Source of the DNA: Candidatus Rifleibacteriota bacterium
Lineage (GTDB): Bacteria; Muiribacteriota; Ozemobacteria; Ozemobacterales; Ozemobacteraceae
Direction of reading: 5' to 3'
Assembly: GCA_051747585.1 (NCBI GenBank)
Contig: JBNJGH010000095.1
Span: forward strand, 1-13,053
Length of the DNA: 13,053 bases
The translations under genes were made by a program, and so were the position numbers. Below, piece by piece: positions 7,647 through 13,053 of the stretch. Each line of letters starts with the position of its first letter. Positions within the stretch are counted from its first letter, which is position 1. The notes beneath the pieces were generated by a model that made no database searches, was not told where the DNA came from, and worked only from the letters and a program-made list of their open reading frames with translations.

Positions 7647-7663
7647 AGCAAACAACATGCCAA
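7647..7663 (-). promoter_or_regulatory. Sigma-54 (-24/-12) promoter
   Basis: Minus strand TTGGCATGTTGTTTGCT fits TGGCAC-N5-TTGCW with exact GG-N10-GC spacing; predicted start near 7636, about 37 nt before the ATG. Confidence 0.8.
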
Positions 7664-7916
7664 CTATGAATAGCCTTTTTTCATGGTGGTTGAAGCTTTT
7701 TTACTTTCAAGATTGGGAAAAATCTGTCAATTTTTGTACGAAAATTTAATAATCTGGCAGATAAAAAATACGACTTCGTGCTCATAATAATTTCAGTGAT
7801 GCAATTTCACTATTTGATGAAAACCAATGGAAGCAAAAGTGTTAGAAGTCAGCTGATAATGGCGAGCCATGACACCCTGGGCGGTCCAATGGGTCGAATT
7901 GTCGAAGTGATTGGGT

Positions 7917-7992
7917 AATTGTTCTTTGGTGGTTTCGACACTTCGACTTTCGCTCAGCGCGAGCTAACGCTCAACCACCAATATATGGTGAC
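7917..7992 (-). repeat. Nested REP-like element, copy 2 (inverted relative to 6037-6111)
   Basis: Reverse complement GTCACCATATATTGGTGGTTGAGCGTTAGCTCGCGCTGAGCGAAAGTCGAAGTGTCGAAACCACCAAAGAACAATT differs from copy 1 by about 5 substitutions and 3 one-base indels. Confidence 0.9.
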
Positions 7993-8001
7993 GCGCCATT
8001 A

Positions 8002-8071
8002 CGGTCATTGAGCGGAGTCGAAATGACCGGTTAGATGTTCAATGGTCATTTCGACTAACGCTCAATGACCA
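8002..8071. repeat. Inverted doublet of REP-like hairpins (REPIN/BIME-like), GAGCG-n-AGTCGA family
   Basis: CGGTCATT-GAGCGGAGTCGA-AATGACCG (8002-8029, +) and TGGTCATT-TCGACTAACGCTC-AATGACCA (8043-8071, core on -), 13-nt spacer. Confidence 0.88.
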
Positions 8072-8120
8072 AAAGGTGATGTCCCCCCCCTTGCGATCTT
8101 TGAGCGGAGTTGCGGTGCGG

Positions 8121-8154
8121 CGACAACGATAACGATAACGATAACGACAACGAT
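8121..8154. repeat. Hexamer tandem repeat (CGAYAA) x5.7
   Basis: CGACAA CGATAA CGATAA CGATAA CGACAA CGAT, 12 nt beyond the panD stop codon. Confidence 0.9.
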
Positions 8155-8166
8155 GGAAGAATTGGT

Positions 8167-8517
8167 TTACATAACTTTTTTTATCTTGTTTTTTTCGTCG
8201 ACTAGAACTACAACAGGCTTATGAGACTCAATTTCAGACTCTGCGATTATACCGTAAGATACAATAATAACCGGGTCGCCCTTATGGACAAGCCTGGCAG
8301 CAGCACCGTTCAGACAAATCTGGCCTGGTTTGCCTTCAATAATATAAGTAGAGAAACGCTGGCCATTGTTAACATTGTAAATATCCACTTTCTCTGACAG
8401 GTACATTCTCGAGGCTTTCAACAACTCAGGGCATATGGAAATTGAGCCTTCATAGTTTAAGTCGGCCCCGGTAACTACAGCGCGATGAATTTTTGATTTC
8501 AATACATGTATGTTCAT
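8167..8517 (-). CDS. panD: Aspartate 1-decarboxylase proenzyme, 116 aa
   Basis: KSKIHRAVVT, YEG/SI self-cleavage site (Gly24-Ser25), NGQRFSTY, ICLNGAAARL; GGGAGA RBS. Confidence 0.97.
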   Translation of the reverse strand: MNIHVLKSKIHRAVVTGADLNYEGSISICPELLKASRMYLSEKVDIYNVNNGQRFSTYIIEGKPGQICLNGAAARLVHKGDPVIIVSYGIIAESEIESHKPVVVLVDEKNKIKKVM

Positions 8518-8537
8518 AATTTGATTCTCCCGGTTTG

Positions 8538-9308
8538 CTATGAGTTCATTAAAAGTGACTGGTAGATTCCCGATAAGACCAGATCAGGCACCAGCTCGTC
8601 GTAAAGCCCGGTGTCTGCATACATTCCGGCAAAGCCCCCGGTTCCAATTATCAAGGGTTGGTCTTTGCCAAAGCTTTCGCGGGCCAGTCGACCGGTAATT
8701 TCTTTTATCATTCCCAGGGTTCCGAAATATAGGCCGGATTGAATTCCTTCTGTTGTGGATCGCCCCAGAGATTTTTCCATTCTGATGATTTCGACACTCG
8801 AAAGTCTTGCGGTTTTCTTTTCGAGGGCCTCCATTGATATCCGCATTCCCGGCATTATTGCTCCGCCAAGAAATTCTTTTTTTGCTGAAATAGAGCAGAA
8901 AGTAGTAGCAGTTCCCATATCGATAATTATTATATTCTTGCCAGGATAGCGGTTAACTGCCGCAACTGCGTTGGCTATACGGTCAGAGCCCAGCTCGACC
9001 GGGTTGCGATATTTAATATTCAAGCCACACTTTGTGCCCGGACCGATAAAGAAAGGATTAATTTTAAAATAACGATAACAGGCGTTACGCAATGAATGAA
9101 CTGCTTTTGGAACAACAGAACAGATTGCGATATTTTTTACCATATCCGGTTCAATATGGTTTTCGCGCAGAACATTTCTAAAAAAGACTCCGGTCTCATC
9201 GGAAGATGCTTCGGTAATAGCTCTGCGCCTGAATTTAAGCTGTAATTCGCCTTTATGGTATACGCCTCCATATATTTGAGAGTTCCCTACGTCTAAGCAA
9301 AGTATCAT
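8538..9308 (-). CDS. coaX: Type III pantothenate kinase, 256 aa
   Basis: LDVGNS, ELGSDR, IDMGTATT, GGAIMPG, TGGFA. True start is ATG 9308 (GGAGA RBS, ATGA overlap with the coaB stop), not 9470. Confidence 0.96.
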   Translation of the reverse strand: MILCLDVGNSQIYGGVYHKGELQLKFRRRAITEASSDETGVFFRNVLRENHIEPDMVKNIAICSVVPKAVHSLRNACYRYFKINPFFIGPGTKCGLNIKYRNPVELGSDRIANAVAAVNRYPGKNIIIIDMGTATTFCSISAKKEFLGGAIMPGMRISMEALEKKTARLSSVEIIRMEKSLGRSTTEGIQSGLYFGTLGMIKEITGRLARESFGKDQPLIIGTGGFAGMYADTGLYDELVPDLVLSGIYQSLLMNS

Positions 9309-9973
9309 ATGGTTTCTCCGATTAGTTGAAACAGGTTTTCGGCGAGTTCGGTCAGGTTCCTGTTTTCTTTTACAATGCCACTGCTGTGGTAAATCGTTGT
9401 TGGATGTCGTTCGGGCGCGATTTCGGTGAGGTCGTTGTACACCAGGAGGTCTATGGGGGATGTTTCCCACAGCTTGTCCCTGGCTCTGACTCTGGCTCGA
9501 ATGTCTTTGGTATTAGTCAGCTTGAAGCCAACTACAGTGATTTTTTTATTAGTGGAATAATCTTTTAACCTGGAAATTATTTTGTGGCTGGGCTTAAGTT
9601 GAATGGAAAGGCTTGAGGCTCCTTCTGAATCGATTTTAGACCTGTCAGTATTTATGCGTTTGCCGTCGATTGTTATAAAATCAATCAAAAAATCACTTAC
9701 TGCCGCGGCATGTATTATTGCATCAAAGCAATTTTCTGAAAGAAGCTCATGAATCTGACTGTCGAGATCTGCAAAAGAAATAAACTCAACTCTTTTAACA
9801 GCTTCAGACTTTGGTAATACCGCTCCTTTTGCATGTAAAAGAGTGACACTGGCTTTTTTATCGGCAAAGTAATCCGCGATTGCTGCGCCTGTCGTGCCCG
9901 TGCTGAAATTAGTTATAGATCTGACACCATCTATTTTTTCTCTGGTTCCTCCAGATGTAATGATCAGGTTCAT
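9305..9973 (-). CDS. coaB: Stand-alone phosphopantothenate--cysteine ligase, 222 aa
   Basis: ITSGGTREKIDGVRSITNFSTGTTG, HAAAVSDF, VVGFKL, VYND. Confidence 0.93.
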   Translation of the reverse strand: MNLIITSGGTREKIDGVRSITNFSTGTTGAAIADYFADKKASVTLLHAKGAVLPKSEAVKRVEFISFADLDSQIHELLSENCFDAIIHAAAVSDFLIDFITIDGKRINTDRSKIDSEGASSLSIQLKPSHKIISRLKDYSTNKKITVVGFKLTNTKDIRARVRARDKLWETSPIDLLVYNDLTEIAPERHPTTIYHSSGIVKENRNLTELAENLFQLIGETI

Positions 9974-10518
9974 TATATATTCTTCACAATCTCTTGATAA
10001 ATGATTTCAGGGTTCAGAAGACGCCCTTTACCAATGGTACCGCATGCAAGTTTGCCTTCTTCGGTGGGTAAAACTATGGAACCCCAGTTTTCCAGTCTGG
10101 TTATTGCTTCCTGTGTGGCGGGGTGGTCGTACATGTTGTTGTTCATTGCCGGAGCAATCAGATAGGGTTTTCTGAAGTTATTACTCAGAAAAGTTGCTCC
10201 GATTAAATTGTCGGCAAGTCCGCAGGCAAGAGCATTTATGCTGTTTGCTGAGGCAGGGCAGAGAATTAAAAGATCGGCCCAATCTACCAGAGAGATATGA
10301 GCAATATTCTGTTTGCGGGCAAACATTGATGTAATGACAGGCCTTTTGGTAAGCCCTTCCAGGGTGGCGTTGCCAATAAATTCCATTGCAGCATCGCTTG
10401 CCAGAGTTTGCACTGAATATCCTTGTTTTACAAGTTTGGAAATTATATTGCAGGCTTTATAGCAGGCTATTGAACCTGTTAACTGAAAAAGAATGTTTTT
10501 TTTATTTTCTTGGGACAT
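9973..10518 (-). CDS. coaC: Stand-alone phosphopantothenoylcysteine decarboxylase (HFCD flavoprotein), 181 aa
   Basis: LTGSIACYK, HISL (catalytic His), PASANSI, PAMNNNMY, LACGTIGKGRL (substrate clamp Cys). Confidence 0.94.
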   Translation of the reverse strand: MSQENKKNILFQLTGSIACYKACNIISKLVKQGYSVQTLASDAAMEFIGNATLEGLTKRPVITSMFARKQNIAHISLVDWADLLILCPASANSINALACGLADNLIGATFLSNNFRKPYLIAPAMNNNMYDHPATQEAITRLENWGSIVLPTEEGKLACGTIGKGRLLNPEIIYQEIVKNI

Positions 10519-11263
10519 TATCTATTAACCTCGTTTTTCCCAGAATAACTGCTCCGAAAAGCCGGTCGAAATGGTCTTCGATATAATCAATTTTAAAATG
10601 GTGATTTATGAGTTCTTTTTTGATTTCTTCTATGCTTTTGCCGGAGCTCAGGGTTTTATAAAAAAGTGGAGCCATTGCCCTTTCTTCGGGTGAAAGCAGT
10701 TGGTTTCGCGAGCTTCTTGCAAGCCCGTCAGGCTCTCTTATAATAGGGCATGGCACTATAGAGATGTTCATGAAAAAGTTCTTAACCATATCTTTGACCA
10801 GCAGATATTGTTGATAGTCTTTTTCGCCAAAATATGCCCGACCTGGCTTAATTATATTAAAAAGTTTCATTACAACAGTGAGTACAGCCTCAAAATGTCC
10901 GGCTCTGTTCTTGCCGCATAGCTCTTTTGAAAATTCGGTTTCACAAACTCTGAAGCGGTAATCATCTGCGTATATTTCGCCGTAATCAGGATGAAAAACA
11001 AAGTCTACTTCTTGATCTCTCAGTATTTTGAGATCGCTGGCAAAGTCGCGTGGATACCTTTCAAGATCTTCCGGGTCATTAAACTGTGGTGGATTCACAA
11101 AAACACTTGCTACCGTAAGAGCGTTTTGCTGTCTGCACTTCTGCAGTAAACTCAGATGCCCTTCATGAAGCGCTCCCATGGTGGGTACAAAACCGATGTC
11201 ATCGGCGATTAAATCTTTTCTTATAAGGCGCCATTCATTTGCATTTCTTATTACTCTGGTCAT
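10502..11263 (-). CDS. panC: Pantoate--beta-alanine ligase, 253 aa
   Basis: FVPTMGALHEGHLSL, SVFVNPPQF, YPR, RAGHF, YFGEKDYQQ, REPDGLARSSRN, TRLIDN. Confidence 0.97.
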   Translation of the reverse strand: MTRVIRNANEWRLIRKDLIADDIGFVPTMGALHEGHLSLLQKCRQQNALTVASVFVNPPQFNDPEDLERYPRDFASDLKILRDQEVDFVFHPDYGEIYADDYRFRVCETEFSKELCGKNRAGHFEAVLTVVMKLFNIIKPGRAYFGEKDYQQYLLVKDMVKNFFMNISIVPCPIIREPDGLARSSRNQLLSPEERAMAPLFYKTLSSGKSIEEIKKELINHHFKIDYIEDHFDRLFGAVILGKTRLIDNVPRK

Positions 11264-12048
11264 TGGTAACTCTCTTTTGTATCCGGGAATTTACCGGCTT
11301 TTACGTCGTCGGCAAAACGATTGAATGCATCTTTAAACAGGCTTTCGCCTTCGAGATAACAGCGAAGAAAACGGGGTTTGAACTCGTTATTCATGCCAAG
11401 CATGTCTTGCATTACCAGAACCTGGCCGTCGGTTTCTTTACCTGCGCCTATGCCGATTGTGGGTATCCGGATTTCCCGGGTGATTTTTTCTGCAAGAGAA
11501 GCGGGGATGCATTCGAGGACAAGAGAAAAGCAGCCCAGCTGCTCTAATTTGAGGGCGTCGTCAAGAATTTTGTCGGCCTGCTCTTCTTTTTTGCCCTGTA
11601 CCTTATTGCCTCCGAATTGATGTACAGACTGAGGTGTCAGGCCGAGATGGCCCATTACCGGTATCCCGGACTGTACCAGATGTGCAATAATTTCTTCGTT
11701 TCCGGCAACCCCCTCAAGCTTTATGGCGTTGGCACCGGCCCGCATTAAATTCCCTGCAGCTTCAACTGACTGGGAAAGTCCTTTTCTATAACTTAGAAAA
11801 GGCATGTCGCTGACAATAAATTTGTCTGGTGCGCCTCTTCTGGTCGCCTGAGTATGTAATGTCATCATATTCATGTCTGCGGGCAGGGTGCTTTCAAAAC
11901 CGTGCATTACCATTGCCAGGCTGTCGCCTACAAGAATCATGTCAATGTCGCTGTTGTTAACAATTCTGGCGCTCCAGCTGTCGTAACAGGTTATCATGGA
12001 TATTTTTCGCTCATTTTTCAATGACTGTATTTTAGGTGCGGTTATCAT
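11260..12048 (-). CDS. panB: 3-methyl-2-oxobutanoate hydroxymethyltransferase, 262 aa
   Basis: MITCYD, LVGDSLAMV, SDMPFLSY, IKLEG, MGHLGLTPQS, VLEC, PTIGIGAG..TDGQVLV. Confidence 0.98.
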   Translation of the reverse strand: MITAPKIQSLKNERKISMITCYDSWSARIVNNSDIDMILVGDSLAMVMHGFESTLPADMNMMTLHTQATRRGAPDKFIVSDMPFLSYRKGLSQSVEAAGNLMRAGANAIKLEGVAGNEEIIAHLVQSGIPVMGHLGLTPQSVHQFGGNKVQGKKEEQADKILDDALKLEQLGCFSLVLECIPASLAEKITREIRIPTIGIGAGKETDGQVLVMQDMLGMNNEFKPRFLRCYLEGESLFKDAFNRFADDVKAGKFPDTKESYQ

Positions 12049-12740
12049 TAAGAGATTCCTTTCAGTTTGAGGAAGGCCTGGTAGATGTTTTCAAGAGGCA
12101 TACCTTCTAGAGCTGCCAGATTACTTTTTATTGTTTTTTCGTCTTTTCGGTCGAGAGGGCCGGTTAACGAGTTCGAAGGTGATTTTGCCAGGTTTTCGAA
12201 AATCTGGTTCATATAGGGATTAAGAATATTCGGGGGCAGTTGAAGATCTTTGAATGCTTTGATAACTTCCTGCCAGAGAATAGAAGTAAAGTTGCCGCTG
12301 ATTACACAGAGGGCATGATAAAGTGGTTTTTTTTCTGCCTCGATTTCAACATATCTGTTTGGTAAGTCAGGAAAAATATCTGAGAACGCAGGATTTCCTT
12401 TTTCGCCAACAAAAACAATGTTTTTATAAGTTTCGAGGCTGTATGACTCTGGCTTGTCGTTAAAAGTCATAAGAGGGTGCAGGCCAATTGCATGTTTACT
12501 GTAAAGGCTGCCCGAAAAGTGAACAAAAGATCTTTTGCCCGAAAATTTATTGCGATTATTGACAATAAAATTTTCAATAGCGCTATCGCTGATTAAAACA
12601 AGAACAATTTCGCACTCGTCAGTGCTTTCGTGGGGCCAGTTTCGATAGGGAACGCCAAGAAAAGAAAAATAGCGGCGTATATGACCGGCAACTTTTCCGT
12701 TGCCGACTATGGCATAGGGTACCTGTCCCATAAGGATCAA
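12048..12740 (-). CDS. Rossmann-like plus DUF2520-type oxidoreductase, probable PanG-type ketopantoate reductase, ~230 aa
   Basis: IVGNGKVA nucleotide-binding loop, ISDSAI, VHFSGS, LHPLMTF, KPLYHALCVISGNF, LTGPLDRKD; first gene of a pan operon with no panE. Start TTG 12740 (AAGGA 5 nt upstream) or ATG 12731. Confidence 0.85.
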   Translation of the reverse strand: MILMGQVPYAIVGNGKVAGHIRRYFSFLGVPYRNWPHESTDECEIVLVLISDSAIENFIVNNRNKFSGKRSFVHFSGSLYSKHAIGLHPLMTFNDKPESYSLETYKNIVFVGEKGNPAFSDIFPDLPNRYVEIEAEKKPLYHALCVISGNFTSILWQEVIKAFKDLQLPPNILNPYMNQIFENLAKSPSNSLTGPLDRKDEKTIKSNLAALEGMPLENIYQAFLKLKGIS

Positions 12741-12770
12741 GTCCGTCCTTTCAAGTTTAAGAGCATTCGT

Positions 12771-12817
12771 TCAAAGCAAAGTCGTTGTTTGCCGGGACAA
12801 ATCAACGCTTTATTTGA
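12771..12817 (-). promoter_or_regulatory. Candidate pan-motif cis-regulatory RNA (single hairpin with two bulged A)
   Basis: Minus strand UCAAA-UAAAG-CGUUG-[A]-UUUGUC-CC-GGCAAA-CAACG-[A]-CUUUG-[C]-UUUGA; bulged A at 12802 and 12782; lies between the promoter and RBS of the pantothenate operon. Confidence 0.65.
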
Positions 12818-12826
12818 GTGTGCCTA

Positions 12827-12855
12827 CAAATAGCACAAAATTAAAAACTCTTCAA
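12827..12855 (-). promoter_or_regulatory. Candidate sigma-70 promoter of the pan/coa operon
   Basis: TTGAAG (12855-12850), 17-nt spacer ending TGC, TATTTG (12832-12827); extended -10 TG present but the last T of the -10 box is missing. Confidence 0.4.
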
Positions 12856-12900
12856 GACAAACCAGCAATTCTCGGTCAGCGACCATCAGTTGGTTTCAGA

Positions 12901-12983
12901 AAAGAAAATTCCTCACACCAAGTCTCAAAGCCACAAAGAAAATAACCACAGAGCGCACAGAGAACACAGAGAATTTTTTTCAG
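12901..12983 (+). repeat. Dispersed ~80-bp repeat, copy B (CACAAAG/CACAGAG 9-nt-period family)
   Basis: CACCAAGTC TCAAAGC CACAAAG block then CACAGAGCG CACAGAGAA CACAGAGAA; matches 143-222. Confidence 0.78.
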
Positions 12984-12991
12984 CCATTGTT

Positions 12992-13053
12992 TCCTTCTTC
13001 AGCAAGCCTTCAGAAAAACACGAGTGCTTTTCTGAAGGCTTGCTGAAGAAGGA
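12992..13053. repeat. 62-bp near-perfect palindrome reaching the end of the window
   Basis: Perfect 26-bp arms TCCTTCTTCAGCAAGCCTTCAGAAAA (12992-13017) and its reverse complement (13028-13053) around ACACGAGTGC. Confidence 0.95.

Noticed and set aside
6037..8154. CRISPR array or integron attC interpretation of the repeat clusters
   Set aside because: Units differ in stem sequence, alternate in orientation, have irregular spacing, lack RYYYAAC/GTTRRRY ends, and no cas or integrase gene is present.
9309..9470. 54-aa N-terminal extension of CoaX in the ORF track
   Set aside because: It is an alternative frame inside coaB; the family-typical start MILCLDVGN has its own RBS and an ATGA overlap.
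10502..10760. PanC short C-terminal domain and GLARSSRN variant as a sign of pseudogenisation
   Set aside because: All catalytic motifs and the terminal RLIDN are intact and the frame is open; short PanC forms and variation at this position are plausible.
1053..12833. Short ORFs antisense to or overlapping the main genes (e.g. 1053-1301, 2554-2844, 2675-3043, 4393-4704, 6882-7229, 7343-7573, 11239-11547, 12630-12833)
   Set aside because: All lie wholly or mostly within well-supported genes, show no recognisable motifs, and are expected shadow ORFs.
143..12983. Repeats A and B as attL/attR of a 12.8-kb integrated island
   Set aside because: They are only about three-quarters identical, a third partial copy lies between them, and there is no integrase or tRNA; a dispersed repeat family explains them better.

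Overview
Bacterial chromosomal window, AT-rich, with 12 credible genes. Left to right: a secreted DKNYY-repeat protein (+), a YyaL/SSP411-type thioredoxin-domain protein (+), a signal-peptide-bearing Cys glutathione peroxidase (-), a PHB-depolymerase/LpqP-like esterase (-), an orphan secreted glycine-zipper protein (-) with its own sigma-54 promoter and terminator, and a tightly coupled seven-gene pantothenate/CoA operon (-) in the order panG-like, panB, panC, coaC, coaB, coaX, panD. The operon leader folds into a hairpin with two bulged A residues, matching the description of the pan RNA motif. The intergenic DNA is crowded with at least four unrelated families of small non-autonomous repeats, and no transposase or nuclease gene is present in the window. 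They include a 182-bp MITE with IS4-like ends, a nested repeat-inside-repeat element present as an inverted pair that brackets the glycine-zipper gene, and an ~80-bp dispersed repeat near both window ends. A 62-bp palindrome runs to the last base. The best candidates for something undescribed are the sigma-54-driven glycine-zipper cassette and the repeat families around it. All alignments and folds were done by eye; no database search was run.
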